Source: Wickerhamiella versatilis (lineage: Eukaryota). Taken from it: a DNA stretch of 64,000 nt. Position numbers and translations under genes: made by a program. Positions 42,792 to 53,405 of this stretch are shown in pieces. The notes below the pieces were generated by a model. That model had not been told where the DNA came from. It made no database searches and was given only the letters and a program-made list of their open reading frames with translations. The stretch lies in contig JAQOWU010000008.1 in the NCBI GenBank assembly GCA_030867685.1, positions 1,798,001 through 1,862,000 on the forward strand. The letters are read 5' to 3'. Position 1 is the first letter of the stretch. The number at the start of each line of letters is the position of its first letter.

Positions 42792-43652
42792 ATGAATTTG
42801 TTTGCGCGCAAACCGGGGCGGACGAAGGAGCTTGATAAGGCCACGCAGGAAATCAGTAAGGATTATAAAGTGGCCCAGTATAACGAGGAGGATTGCGGTA
42901 CTTGTGAGAGTTGTTATCCGCCAACTTTCGATATTGATACTAAGGACAGTCTATGGCAAAGTGCACCGGCAGCACATGCTCAGATTCTAGTTGCGACTGG
43001 TCAGAGGAATTGGCTCCATAATATCTGTGAAGAGGACACCATTTGGGGAGAAACGTTGAGTCGACTTTCTGATGCTGCTGAACAATTTACTGAAGTTGCT
43101 GGCGGGTACGTAAGGATAAACGGCACAGACCAAGATTTCGAAGGTCTCAAGGATGGTGAGGTTGCTGTCACGGTCCTTCCAAATTTCCTTAGAATCGTTA
43201 CAACACCTGAGAAAGCCGTTGAGGATGTGCTGCTAGTACTTCACACTGGACCTCATGATACTCCTCCCAAAAACAGCCAGCCCCTGGCAGAGCATGGATA
43301 TGTTCTCCTGTGCTCACATTCCCAGCGTGACAAGCGTTGTGGGATTAGTGCTCCGATCCTCCGCAAGCAAATTGAAATTGAGTTGAGACACTCAGAGCTT
43401 TACCGCCCTCCAATAGACGATTTAACCGAGGAAGCGGAACCAGGTGGGGTTCGTGTACTTTTCATCAACCATGTTGGTGGACATAAATATGCTGCCAACG
43501 CACTGATTTATCTCACTGATGGAACTGCCTTAATGCTTGCGAGACTGCGACCGAATCATGCAAAGCTGCTTGTTGAGAATACTATCCAAAAGGGCATAGT
43601 ATATCCAGAATTTGTTCGGTCCTGCACGAGACTTGGTTCCTATAACTGGTAA
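42792..43652 (+). CDS. APD1: Thioredoxin-like ferredoxin Apd1 (2Cys-2His 2Fe-2S)
   Basis: CSHSQRDKRCG and HVGGHKYAAN; C-terminal Trp. Confidence 0.88.
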   Translation: MNLFARKPGRTKELDKATQEISKDYKVAQYNEEDCGTCESCYPPTFDIDTKDSLWQSAPAAHAQILVATGQRNWLHNICEEDTIWGETLSRLSDAAEQFTEVAGGYVRINGTDQDFEGLKDGEVAVTVLPNFLRIVTTPEKAVEDVLLVLHTGPHDTPPKNSQPLAEHGYVLLCSHSQRDKRCGISAPILRKQIEIELRHSELYRPPIDDLTEEAEPGGVRVLFINHVGGHKYAANALIYLTDGTALMLARLRPNHAKLLVENTIQKGIVYPEFVRSCTRLGSYNW

Positions 43653-43686
43653 CTGAAAAGCGATTCTACGTATAACTGTATAGATA

Positions 43687-44745
43687 TTAAAGCTCATCTT
43701 TTATGTTCTCCTTTTCCAAGGGTTTAAGGGCACCAAGAACGTTGAGCCGATTCGTAAGATCATCGAACTTTTTGCCAGAAAGTGAGGAGTTCTGGAGTAG
43801 TTTTGATACCCGCTGAATTTCTTTGTCGACATAGCCAACGCCCTGGTCAACAACTTTCTGAAGAATGCGCGCGTAAAGCCCATCAGCCTTACCCAAAAGC
43901 TCAGCTGCATTTGAAGCCTTCTGATCGAGGCGACCAAAGCCCTCAACAACTCCAGAGGTCTCGTCCAGAGCACCGTTCGGCAACCTATGGGATGCCCCCG
44001 CGTTACGTAGATGGTCCGCGAAGTCCTTGATACCACGACCACCCATGTATGGCTGAGGTTCACTACCGTCCTTAGGGAAATACATGATGGTGGGGAAACC
44101 CCGTACTCCGTAAGTGTTCATAAGCGATTCCGCACCACCGTCTGTGCAGTCAACATTAACGATCTCCACATCATCGTCTCGAGCATACAGCTTAGACAGT
44201 TCTGCCCATTCAGGCTTGAGACGCTTGCAATGTCCACACCATGTGGTGGTAAATGCCACAAGGGCAGACTTGTCGGCCACACCGTCCTTGAAAGTAACAT
44301 CGTCAAGTTCGACTATGGACGGCTCTAAAGGCAGAGGAGGCGCGGCCTTCGTAGGTGCTCCGCCAGGTGAGAGCTTAGTCCTTTCCTCAACGAAGGCAAC
44401 CAACTCGTCAATCTCACGAACATTCACATCCTCGGACTCGTCAGCATTGCCAGACAGCCACTTTATGGTCGGGAAATATTGGATGCCGAATTGAGAGGCT
44501 ACCTTGCGATTTTTGTCGCCATCAATCTTGATGAATTGCACATCATCAACCCCTTCATATTTCTCGGCGAGTTCATCAAGCACAGGACTTAATCGCTTGC
44601 AATGCCCACACCATGACGCATAGATATCAAGAAGCGTAGGAATGCCTTTAGAAAGGTATTTATTAAGATCCTTGTCGGAAGCCTCGATCACCGCGCCAAA
44701 TGCTGCGGCTATTATTGATAGCGTACTGACAAGCTGAATCTTCAT
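43687..44745 (-). CDS. ER protein disulfide isomerase, ERp38/TigA/PDIA6 type
   Basis: Signal peptide, two WCGHC domains, ERp29-like C-terminal helices, KDEL. Confidence 0.9.
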   Translation of the reverse strand: MKIQLVSTLSIIAAAFGAVIEASDKDLNKYLSKGIPTLLDIYASWCGHCKRLSPVLDELAEKYEGVDDVQFIKIDGDKNRKVASQFGIQYFPTIKWLSGNADESEDVNVREIDELVAFVEERTKLSPGGAPTKAAPPLPLEPSIVELDDVTFKDGVADKSALVAFTTTWCGHCKRLKPEWAELSKLYARDDDVEIVNVDCTDGGAESLMNTYGVRGFPTIMYFPKDGSEPQPYMGGRGIKDFADHLRNAGASHRLPNGALDETSGVVEGFGRLDQKASNAAELLGKADGLYARILQKVVDQGVGYVDKEIQRVSKLLQNSSLSGKKFDDLTNRLNVLGALKPLEKENIKDEL

Positions 44746-44905
44746 ACGTGTCGCCTCGATATATTATCTAATAGAATATGCCTTATATCTGATAGTCGGC
44801 AGCACATGACAAACTGGATTACAGGCATAGACCACTATTCTTCTCTATCTATATTAAAAAAAGAGTCTATATCTACAATTTTTCGTTTCTAAGGAAATCA
44901 AAAAT

Positions 44906-45553
44906 CTATTCAACATGGAAGTACTTCTCAGCCTCAGTCGTTGGAACTTCAATCTGTCGAAGAAGACCAGATGCCACATCATACACGAGACCGTAAACTT
45001 CGACACCACGCATTTTCATGTGCTCACGCACAATGTCGTTTTTACGCACATTGCGTACTTGTTCGATAACATTTAGCTCCACCAATTTGTTCTCCTGTTC
45101 ACGCGTGTCTTGAAGCGCTTCCAGGGTGCTGTGATGCTTAGCCCTCACATCACGCAAATTGCGCAGCCACGACTCCAAGGCACCACCTACCTTTTGAGAA
45201 TCCAATACAGTTTTGACTCCCTTGCAATCAGTGTGTCCACATACAATTATCATTCTGCACCCAACAACCTCCATTGCAAGCTGGATAAGGCTTTCACTGC
45301 TGGGATCAGTGTAGGGGATCATATTGGCAACATTACGGTGCACGAATACTTCACCGGGAAGAAGATCCAAGCATGTATCAACAGATCGGGAATCGGCACA
45401 TCCTATCCACAGGATAGGAGGTTGCTGTCCTTTACCATTAGTTGCGAATAATTCCGGGTTGGCTTGGTCCATATGCCTAGCCCATTCACGATTCAGTCGA
45501 AGTAGTTTGTCTAGACCATCGGAGGAAGTCAATCGGAATGGATATCGGCCCAT
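44906..45553 (-). CDS. NCE103: Beta-carbonic anhydrase
   Basis: IGCADSR, GEVFVHRNVAN, CGHTDC. Confidence 0.95.
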   Translation of the reverse strand: MGRYPFRLTSSDGLDKLLRLNREWARHMDQANPELFATNGKGQQPPILWIGCADSRSVDTCLDLLPGEVFVHRNVANMIPYTDPSSESLIQLAMEVVGCRMIIVCGHTDCKGVKTVLDSQKVGGALESWLRNLRDVRAKHHSTLEALQDTREQENKLVELNVIEQVRNVRKNDIVREHMKMRGVEVYGLVYDVASGLLRQIEVPTTEAEKYFHVE

Positions 45554-45670
45554 TGAAACACAATCTTTTCTGGATGTATTACAGACACTTATATTCTAAC
45601 GGAAACCCATACCCAGTTTTTACTGGATCCTAGTTGGGGGGGACTGGATATGCCGCTTGCTGGTTAGCGT

Positions 45671-45759
45671 TCTGATCAGGGTTAAAAAGCTCGATTATTC
45701 GTTATTTCCACATTGATTACTTCAGGTGAAGAGATTCAAAGAAATCACATCATATCAGA
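45671..45759 (-). ncRNA. SNR47: Box C/D snoRNA snR47/U36-like, inside intron 45764..45660
   Basis: Box C ATGATGT; guide to 25S GUGAAGA(G/A)AUUCAA before D' CTGA; guide to 18S GUUAAAAAGCUCG before D CTGA; terminal stem TCTGA/TCAGA; flanked by GTATGT and GCTAAC-CAG. Confidence 0.9.
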
Positions 45760-45873
45760 CATACTTATCCTGTGTTGAGGTGTTCGGTGGTGAAATTTTC
45801 CTTGGGTTTGTTAGTGAGTATAACTAATCAGCTTACCCGACTGCTGCTGGCTGAAGGGCCTATTCATCACGTG

Positions 45874-46596
45874 ATGAAGGAACTGGAAGCGGCGCCTTCA
45901 GCTCTTCCCGAGTTATGCAGGGCTTGTTTAGGGCCGGGGTCGGCCATACGCATGGTTCGGGATGACAATGGTCGTACATGCAGGCTGTGCCATAAGCCCT
46001 TTACTTCGTACCGATGGGACCACCAGCGTAGGACGATTTTCTGTCCCCTTTGTGCTGGGGAGCGAAGGGCATGCCAATGCTGTCTTCTTGACAAGGAGTA
46101 TATGATTCCCTTGCCAATTCGTGATGCTGCATTGAAAGTGGCGCCCCCAGAACAGACCAAAGCTGTTCTTGGTATTGTCACCACCGCGTATCATAAAAAG
46201 CACCATGCCTTGGAGCCAGGCCCAACAACAGAGCGGGTCGATACCCCTGAAAAGACGATATCAAGGCTCCTGTCAGCTGAAGATATCGGGCTCAATGGGT
46301 CACCTAAAGAAACAGTATTGGTTCTCGGAATCGAGGATGATATCACCGAGAAAGCACTGGAAAAACGGCTAGGCGAAGGAAAAATAGAGTCCATTAAGTT
46401 GTATCCAAAAGCCCGTTGTGCATTTGTGGAATTTGAGTCGCCTAAGGATGCATCTCAAGGAGTTGGGGTTGAGATGAAGGACATTGTGGATGGAATACCT
46501 TTGTGGTTTCGCTTCATGGAAAAACCCCTTGTAATTGCTCCAGAATTTGAGGCTAAAATAGGTCGGATGGTTCGTAAGGCTATGAGGAAAGGTTGA
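45874..46596 (+). CDS. ECM2: Pre-mRNA splicing factor Ecm2/Slt11 (RBM22-like)
   Basis: PELCRACLG..CRLCHKPFT..C..C...CQCCLLD..LPIRDAAL zinc region plus C-terminal RRM; first ATG at 45874. Confidence 0.85.
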   Translation: MKELEAAPSALPELCRACLGPGSAIRMVRDDNGRTCRLCHKPFTSYRWDHQRRTIFCPLCAGERRACQCCLLDKEYMIPLPIRDAALKVAPPEQTKAVLGIVTTAYHKKHHALEPGPTTERVDTPEKTISRLLSAEDIGLNGSPKETVLVLGIEDDITEKALEKRLGEGKIESIKLYPKARCAFVEFESPKDASQGVGVEMKDIVDGIPLWFRFMEKPLVIAPEFEAKIGRMVRKAMRKG

Positions 46597-46607
46597 GTGT
46601 GCGCTTA

Positions 46608-46640
46608 TGCTTACACTTACACTTACACCTTACACCTTAC
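46608..46640 (+). repeat. Short degenerate tandem repeat, units CTTACA/CCTTACA (about 5)
   Basis: cttaca cttaca cttaca ccttaca ccttac between the ECM2 stop and the WLM gene ATG. Confidence 0.7.
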
Positions 46641-46650
46641 TATAGAGCTG

Positions 46651-47382
46651 ATGCTTGTCGCCTACCGCGGAAAGTCGGTAGCATGGCAGCCTCAAGCTGG
46701 TGCAACTGTGGGAGACATTCGTAATTTTGCATCAAACTCATTTGGGATAGATCAGAGCACAATAAGGGTCCTCCTTGGGGGCAAAAGCATACCCGCCACC
46801 ACGCCACCAACAGAACAATTGCCATTTCCACTGCCTCGAAAGGTACTAATACTAGCCACCTCAGCGAAGCAGATCGAAACTGTTCGTTCTGCAGAGCATG
46901 AGGCTAAAAGATGGACTGCAGCACATTCTACGCTGGATACTAGAAAGCGAGCGCCTATGTCGACAACAAAGCCATTGAGGTATACATTTGAAGACATACA
47001 AGTCCTTCCTTATGGTGACACCGAAAAAGCTCGAGCCTACCTCGAGAGAATCAGAGATGATAAGGCCGTGCAGGCCCTAATGAAGACACATGGCTTGAAA
47101 GTTGGCCTTCTGGCAGAGCTGGATCCGTTGACGAATACGAGCTCGGGCGAGCGTCGTTTAGGCCTCAATGAAAACGGTGGGTCCGTTATACGGCTCCGAA
47201 TAAGAACGGACGATTATCAAGGTTTCTGTGCATACAACGATGTCAAGAAGGTCCTATGTCATGAGCTTGCCCATAATACATTTGGTGAGCACGACGACAA
47301 GTTCTGGAGGCTTTGCCGTCAATATGAAAAAGACATTGTAAATTTAGATCCCTGGCGGGGCGGGCATTCGCTGCTGGAATAG
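46651..47382 (+). CDS. UBL-WLM metalloprotease (Wss1-family, ubiquitin-like N-terminus)
   Basis: N-terminal UBL-like region; LGLNEN.G..IRLRIR; HELAHN..GEHD..F. Confidence 0.85.
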   Translation: MLVAYRGKSVAWQPQAGATVGDIRNFASNSFGIDQSTIRVLLGGKSIPATTPPTEQLPFPLPRKVLILATSAKQIETVRSAEHEAKRWTAAHSTLDTRKRAPMSTTKPLRYTFEDIQVLPYGDTEKARAYLERIRDDKAVQALMKTHGLKVGLLAELDPLTNTSSGERRLGLNENGGSVIRLRIRTDDYQGFCAYNDVKKVLCHELAHNTFGEHDDKFWRLCRQYEKDIVNLDPWRGGHSLLE

Positions 47383-47420
47383 ATTAGATTACAGTGGCTC
47401 TAACTTATAGACGTAAGTAT

Positions 47421-47852
47421 TTAACCATACATAGAATCCTCCTCCTCCTCTGAATCACTTGGTATGGCAGGACGTGAAGCAAGATCATGCCTACAAATAG
47501 GACACGTTTTATGGGCGCTTAGCCAGGCTCCTACGCACTCCAAATCAAACTTGTGACGCCCCGGGCATGACAGTGAGACCACGAGGGGATGTTCATCCTC
47601 CAAATAGGGAATACGGCAAATCGGGCATTCATCGTCATTTTTAATTTGTTTTTTTGGCACTCGATCCAGCGAGTCCATATAAAACTGTGGCATACCTTGA
47701 GTCGTCGGCTCTTTTATCAAATCTTCCAAGACATCGGGAACTTCAATCCGTGTCTCCCCACCATTTAAAATATTAAAGAGTGCGAAAGCAATATTATTTC
47801 TACGTGGTCTTTCAATTGAGCTGAGTCCATGCTCAAGCTCGTAAGATGCCAT
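47421..47852 (-). CDS. Small RING-H2 E3 ligase (YBR062C-like)
   Basis: CPIC..YLEDEHPLVV.L.C..HKFDLECV..WL....TCPICR. Confidence 0.85.
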   Translation of the reverse strand: MASYELEHGLSSIERPRRNNIAFALFNILNGGETRIEVPDVLEDLIKEPTTQGMPQFYMDSLDRVPKKQIKNDDECPICRIPYLEDEHPLVVSLSCPGRHKFDLECVGAWLSAHKTCPICRHDLASRPAIPSDSEEEEDSMYG

Positions 47853-47907
47853 GATCAAAGGATGATTCAGCCAAAGTTGCCACCTTCCCACTGATTACCC
47901 GCAACTG

Positions 47908-48573
47908 ATGGAGGTCAGTAACAAGCCAGTTACCGGTGTAAAGCTCGTACTATTGGGCGAAGCAGCAGTCGGGAAATCTTCCCTTGTTGTCCGTTTTGTG
48001 AATGATGAATTTCAGGAGAACAAGGAGCCCACCATTGGCGCAGCCTTTATCACGCAGAAGTGCCATCTTCAGAACCGCACGGTGAAGTTCGAAATTTGGG
48101 ATACTGCCGGACAAGAGAGATTTGCCTCTTTGGCGCCGATGTATTACCGTAATGCTCAGGCAGCAGTCGTGGTATATGATGTGACCAAGCCAGCCTCATT
48201 TATCCGGGCCCGTCATTGGGTCAATGAACTCAAAAGTCAAGGATCACCCAACATCGTCATTGCCCTCGTGGGAAATAAGCTAGACTTAAGCGGAGAGACT
48301 GAAGGGGAACCTAAGCCTCCTGTCAGTGAGGAAGAGGAGTCGGGACGTAAAGTTGCTTTTGAAGATGGGCAGAAGCTGGCTGATGATGAGGGATTGCTCT
48401 TCTATGAAGCATCAGCTAAGTCTGGTTTTAACGTACGGAAGATTTTCTTGGCTATAGCTAATAAGATTCCACTCGAACAGCCACGCTCATCTACGGGCCG
48501 CATTGGCGCTGACTCAGGCCAGTCTGTAGACCTAGGAGCTACCCAGCAAGCCCCACAGAACTGCCAGTGTTGA
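47908..48573 (+). CDS. VPS21: Rab5-family GTPase Vps21/Ypt51
   Basis: [28 protein letters not shown]-terminal CQC. Confidence 0.9.
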   Translation: MEVSNKPVTGVKLVLLGEAAVGKSSLVVRFVNDEFQENKEPTIGAAFITQKCHLQNRTVKFEIWDTAGQERFASLAPMYYRNAQAAVVVYDVTKPASFIRARHWVNELKSQGSPNIVIALVGNKLDLSGETEGEPKPPVSEEEESGRKVAFEDGQKLADDEGLLFYEASAKSGFNVRKIFLAIANKIPLEQPRSSTGRIGADSGQSVDLGATQQAPQNCQC

Positions 48574-48679
48574 TCTGAAGTATTTATTCTTAGTTCGAGA
48601 CCATTCAAATCTATGCTGACGATTTGCTCCAAGCCATAAATTTGCGAGGTTCATCATGAGTCTAATAAATAAAGCTAGT

Positions 48680-51600
48680 TTAAATTTGGCTCCAGCAATC
48701 TGGTACCATGACGAAATATCTCTCCATACTCTCACGGAAGCGTACTTTGTACTGCTTTGGTGACACCACTGTTGGTTCCTTGGCTCCTGCAGACGCCTTT
48801 CCTTTGACCCAAGATTCTATCTTTTTGTCCCAAGTATAAGTGCGCACAAAGTCAATGATACCGGCGAAGATGGTATTGGTTGACTCGTCAACACCAATGA
48901 CCAGTGAATAATCCATGACGTTCATCTTTGTGAGAAATAAGGTGTCATTGTAAAGCGACGCACGCAGCATCTTTTTTGAATATTCGCGTACAAATAGAGG
49001 TTTTTCAAAAATATATTCCACCATATTCTCATCTAAAAGCACTTCATTTGCTTTTCCTGTTTCAGCGGCCCTACGATTCCGCATTGACCCCTTTAAGTCG
49101 AACATCCTCGTAAATTTACGTCCATAGAACACATTTTCCATAACCATGACATACATATTCTGCTGCTGAGTCCCATTTCGCACGCTTATTTCATAGATTC
49201 CATAAAACTTCGCTAAACAAGTGGGCAGATCATGGAACAATGCTTGGACCATGTATTCAAAATAAGATGGGGCAAAGCTTGCGAATGCATCAAACTCTAC
49301 TTGACTGAGCTCCTTAAGTACAAATCTTCCATCTTGTGTCTTCAAGAAGCTTGATCCACTCTTTCCTCCGCTATTATCCCAAACACTGCAGCGTGACAGA
49401 CTCTGAATGTATCCTGCTGAGTCGCTGCACCCACAGCGCGTACGCAAGGCATCAAATTGTTGAGCGTAGAATATTTTACAGGACATGATAGTTGTATCCT
49501 GTTCAAACTGATATCGCATATGCGTACCCGTAGTCCTCAACATTGTCTGCTTTGCTGCTGCATCAGTATCACACACAGAGTTTAAACGGTCACGGTAATT
49601 TGGAAGGCTTAAGCAAAAAGCGATAATGCTAGACGGCTCATCTTCGCGAATAATGACCAAAGAATTTGTGAAAAAGTGTTGTTTTGAGTTTAAAACGTAT
49701 TCCAAATCACTCCAGCGTGTTGAAGACCTCTCAGCCCAGAAATTAGCTAACGACTGTAAAAGACTTTGACGAATTGCATTAGGCTTTCGACCACTTTCAG
49801 CATCCGTTGTTGGTGTTTCACTAGGGGCATCACTTTCTGTGATGCTTGCAGACTCTGCTGGTGCTTCTGCTGGGCGTTCGGTCCCAGGAGCTTCTCGCTC
49901 AGTTTCAGAAAGTGAGGGTGTTGGAGTTCTTGCTCGTATTAATTCTCTGTCGTTTATAGCATCCTCAACATCACTGAAAACCTCCGCTATTGCGTGAGTC
50001 TGTTTCGAGCTCATTGCACGTCTGAGATCATGCAACCTCTGTTTTTCTTTTTGTCTTTCGCGTTCAAATTCAGCTGATAACTCTTCGAAGTGACGAGCCA
50101 TAAGGCTGACACGCCCAACTGGCTTCTCTCCGGGAGTCCGAACATTTTGGCTTAGACTGGGCAACGGAAAATCGATATTTGTGCCATATTTTGATCGCAC
50201 TCGGACACTGCTATTTCCTGGTGAGCCTACGGCCCCAGATGGGCTCTGAGCATCCAGCCTTGCATTTCCGTCTTCAGATGTTTGCGGGAGTTCTTCTTCG
50301 TTAGATCTACGGGTATCAGCGTCATTAGATTTTGTTTCATTGTCATTGTCATTATCATCATCATATGATTTCTGCGATTCATCTTCAAAGGCGACGTCAC
50401 CCACCAACCCGCGTAGGTGCTGAAGCGTAACTCGCCGTATATCACGTTCTGATGGGAAAAAAAGGCCATCAAAATCAGCGAACTCGAGATGCCACTGATC
50501 AACAAGTTCTTGAATTGTAATAAAAACCTCGTTAATAGCTAATATATCAGCTGGATGTGAAGTGGAGATCTTCTGTCGCAATTCATCGAGGCAATTGCGT
50601 CTATCGTTCTCACATCGAGCACCAAGTTTTTGAATTCTGTCTTTGGCCTCCGCAAACTTAGCCTCCTCGAGACCCTCAACTTTGACTTTAGATAAACAGT
50701 CTGAAATCGAGTCCCAGAACTTATTGATGCGAGTCTCCAGATCCTTGACGTAATTATATCTTAGCGTTAACGAGCTCTTTGGATCCCAGTCAAGTATTAG
50801 AGGAGGTACCTGTATTTCATAAAGGTCAATAGGGGAATAAGAAATACGAAGAAGGCGATCGTGCCAACCGAAGAATCTAACGTGATCCCGATAAAGGTTA
50901 TGTTCACAAGTCCCTGCGCGTAAACCCAAAGCCGTTCCCCAAAATGACAATTCAAGGTATTTTCCAAAAGAGTACTTCCAGGTGGTAGGACTCATGGGAG
51001 CTACAGGTGTCTGACGATCACATACATGACACCAACTCCACATCAAAATGCAATCTTGTAACCCTGGAATCTTACAAGGTGAATTTTCTACATGAATTGT
51101 CAGTTTACCGCTTCCATGAACATAAACCCTGTGGTGCTCTCCTAGGGGTTTTGAACACCCATCAGGACAAGCGTCACTAAAGGACGATATTGTACTTTCA
51201 ACAAACTGGCCTAGGGTCTGATCTGTATCCAAGTAGAATTCAATCAGTGTCGTATCGGGGCCTACACAGGGCGTTTGTGTCTCCGTGCAGGTCAGAAAGA
51301 ATTGCAATAGAAGGTTCTGATGCGATGATGGGTTCCAGAGATCAGGAGAAGCCACTTGCTCCCATTGGTGCATTGATTCACGCCATTGTCGCGCTACAAT
51401 TTCTCGCATTACCTGCTCGACCCACCGCCTGGCTTCTAAAGATTTGTCTGAAGGTAAATAAGTAAGGTCTACAGCCTCGATACTCTCTGGAGGATGTTCC
51501 AATTTGCGTTCATAAATAACAATTTGGTCCTCAAGCTCTTGCGACTTCTCTAGTAAAAAAGGCTTGCCGTAATCTACGAACGGTGAGCTTGATAAGACTT

Positions 51601-53356
51601 GAACATGTTCCCCCAACAAGGGTATGCGCACGAATTGGTCTCGCATCAAAGATGTCTCAATTTTCAAGCTGTACATGACATCAACCATTACCTCCATGAC
51701 AACTTTGACTATACTTGATATTTCAGGGTTTCCTCTGATGATTGCTGTTCGCCCCGGTTCACTTGGCATGTATTTTGCAAACATGAAAGTCTTTGCCAAA
51801 TCACCGCAAAGATAAGTTTGCACACAGAATTCATCACAGGTACCTAGACAAGGACTCACACTGAGCCGATCAATTGAACCAAGTAAATCTGCACCTGTGC
51901 CACGAGCCAGCCGCATGAGAGCCCTGGGTTCTACATTTGTAGCCACACTAATCCCTGCATCTTCTAACATCTGTATCGCAGGCCCACACACGGAACCACA
52001 AGTCAGAAACAAAGTGGGTCGTAGGCTTAATATTCTTGCGACTAGTTTCTTCAAGTATTCATGCTCTTGAGCAATTACGGGACCCAATGAATGGTAACGC
52101 TGGGCTCGACTATACTCAACAGAGAAACTTACTGTAAGAATGCGAGGAGAGAGTTGCACTAATGGCATTGTCTTGCGAGCTAGCGCATGGGTAAATACCA
52201 ATCCACTTATCACATCAATTCTACGTTCTGCTCCACCAGGTATGCGCTTAATCTTTACCCATTCACGGGGCGGGACCCAGCGATCTCGTGGATTGTCGAG
52301 GTGGAGACCAGGAGTCACTTCAAGTAGAGCTTCAATAAGTACTTCATGCCAATCTTCGAGATTGAGGCCACTATCTTGAATGACGCGGTCAAGAAATAAA
52401 GATGCATATTTTCGCGATGCATTGTTAAGTTCGACTGTCTTGCCTTGAGGAAAGCGAGCTGTGCTCATGTACCCCTGCGGCAGTGGAGGGGCGGGAGGCG
52501 CAGACAGTTGAGGAGGCAGTATATTACTACTGTTCAGAGCAGGTTCTGTGGTCACTGAAAGGCTAGGCAATCCCGAAGGTAACATCATTGATTGTCCATC
52601 TGACGTCGTGTCATCCTCATCCTCATCCTCATCCCGCTCATCTAAAACTCTTGGAGGTGCTGGGCTACCAATAAAACTTGTCATTGTTTCATCTTCCGAC
52701 GAGTCATGGTCGTCTAGAGCATCTTCACAGGTTGGGCAACACCTGATACGCCGTGGTCCAACGAAACGAGTACAATTGCTGCAAAAAATCTGTCCACATA
52801 CACGACAATGATGCTTTCTGCGGAAAGTTGTAAAAGGCCTTCCGCATCCAAAACATGTCGTAGCATTTTCGTCTTTCATCCAAAAATCCCGCGATAAGCG
52901 AGATGCTGCAGCACCCCGGGTCCGCGCACGACCGCGAGCGTATTGGTGGGCTAGATAGTCTCTTGATGCTGATGCGGAGGTTACACTGAATATAGAATCG
53001 ACATCACTCATACTAACATCACCCCCTGGAATTGGTGATTGCATGTAATTAGTACTGGGTAACGTAGGCACTGCTTGGGTAGTATTTAGACTAACAGTGC
53101 TTTTCGCGGCAGGATAACTTGTATTAACTGATGTAGGTGAGAGCGTTACCTTTATCTGAGAAGGCTTATCCACTGGTGTTGATACCCGAGGAGGCGTGGG
53201 TGGTATGCTCTCTACTTCGGGAACTGGGGCACTACCCCCATCACCATTATCCTCAGGCATCTCAAGTAGAGAGCTGAAAACTTGAGAGAGCCTTCCATAG
53301 AGCGTAGGCTTAGGTTTAGTTTCATTCTGAGGCGGGAACGATGTGAGTTCGACCAT
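48680..53356 (-). CDS. FAB1: PtdIns3P 5-kinase Fab1/PIKfyve
   Basis: FYVE (FRRKHHCRVCG), CCT-like domain, SFGKYLEL, GGKSGS, FDLKGS, MDYSL; first ATG at 53356. Confidence 0.95.
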   Translation of the reverse strand: MVELTSFPPQNETKPKPTLYGRLSQVFSSLLEMPEDNGDGGSAPVPEVESIPPTPPRVSTPVDKPSQIKVTLSPTSVNTSYPAAKSTVSLNTTQAVPTLPSTNYMQSPIPGGDVSMSDVDSIFSVTSASASRDYLAHQYARGRARTRGAAASRLSRDFWMKDENATTCFGCGRPFTTFRRKHHCRVCGQIFCSNCTRFVGPRRIRCCPTCEDALDDHDSSEDETMTSFIGSPAPPRVLDERDEDEDEDDTTSDGQSMMLPSGLPSLSVTTEPALNSSNILPPQLSAPPAPPLPQGYMSTARFPQGKTVELNNASRKYASLFLDRVIQDSGLNLEDWHEVLIEALLEVTPGLHLDNPRDRWVPPREWVKIKRIPGGAERRIDVISGLVFTHALARKTMPLVQLSPRILTVSFSVEYSRAQRYHSLGPVIAQEHEYLKKLVARILSLRPTLFLTCGSVCGPAIQMLEDAGISVATNVEPRALMRLARGTGADLLGSIDRLSVSPCLGTCDEFCVQTYLCGDLAKTFMFAKYMPSEPGRTAIIRGNPEISSIVKVVMEVMVDVMYSLKIETSLMRDQFVRIPLLGEHVQVLSSSPFVDYGKPFLLEKSQELEDQIVIYERKLEHPPESIEAVDLTYLPSDKSLEARRWVEQVMREIVARQWRESMHQWEQVASPDLWNPSSHQNLLLQFFLTCTETQTPCVGPDTTLIEFYLDTDQTLGQFVESTISSFSDACPDGCSKPLGEHHRVYVHGSGKLTIHVENSPCKIPGLQDCILMWSWCHVCDRQTPVAPMSPTTWKYSFGKYLELSFWGTALGLRAGTCEHNLYRDHVRFFGWHDRLLRISYSPIDLYEIQVPPLILDWDPKSSLTLRYNYVKDLETRINKFWDSISDCLSKVKVEGLEEAKFAEAKDRIQKLGARCENDRRNCLDELRQKISTSHPADILAINEVFITIQELVDQWHLEFADFDGLFFPSERDIRRVTLQHLRGLVGDVAFEDESQKSYDDDNDNDNETKSNDADTRRSNEEELPQTSEDGNARLDAQSPSGAVGSPGNSSVRVRSKYGTNIDFPLPSLSQNVRTPGEKPVGRVSLMARHFEELSAEFERERQKEKQRLHDLRRAMSSKQTHAIAEVFSDVEDAINDRELIRARTPTPSLSETEREAPGTERPAEAPAESASITESDAPSETPTTDAESGRKPNAIRQSLLQSLANFWAERSSTRWSDLEYVLNSKQHFFTNSLVIIREDEPSSIIAFCLSLPNYRDRLNSVCDTDAAAKQTMLRTTGTHMRYQFEQDTTIMSCKIFYAQQFDALRTRCGCSDSAGYIQSLSRCSVWDNSGGKSGSSFLKTQDGRFVLKELSQVEFDAFASFAPSYFEYMVQALFHDLPTCLAKFYGIYEISVRNGTQQQNMYVMVMENVFYGRKFTRMFDLKGSMRNRRAAETGKANEVLLDENMVEYIFEKPLFVREYSKKMLRASLYNDTLFLTKMNVMDYSLVIGVDESTNTIFAGIIDFVRTYTWDKKIESWVKGKASAGAKEPTVVSPKQYKVRFRESMERYFVMVPDCWSQI

Positions 53357-53405
53357 ATGGCCGCTACTCTTAGTCACTCTACAGACGCCTGTGTTCAATG
53401 GCCGA

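Noticed and set aside
44870-44908. Stop read-through giving a cryptic PTS1 on NCE103
   Set aside because: The extension ends EKL and the TAG-A context is not a leaky stop.
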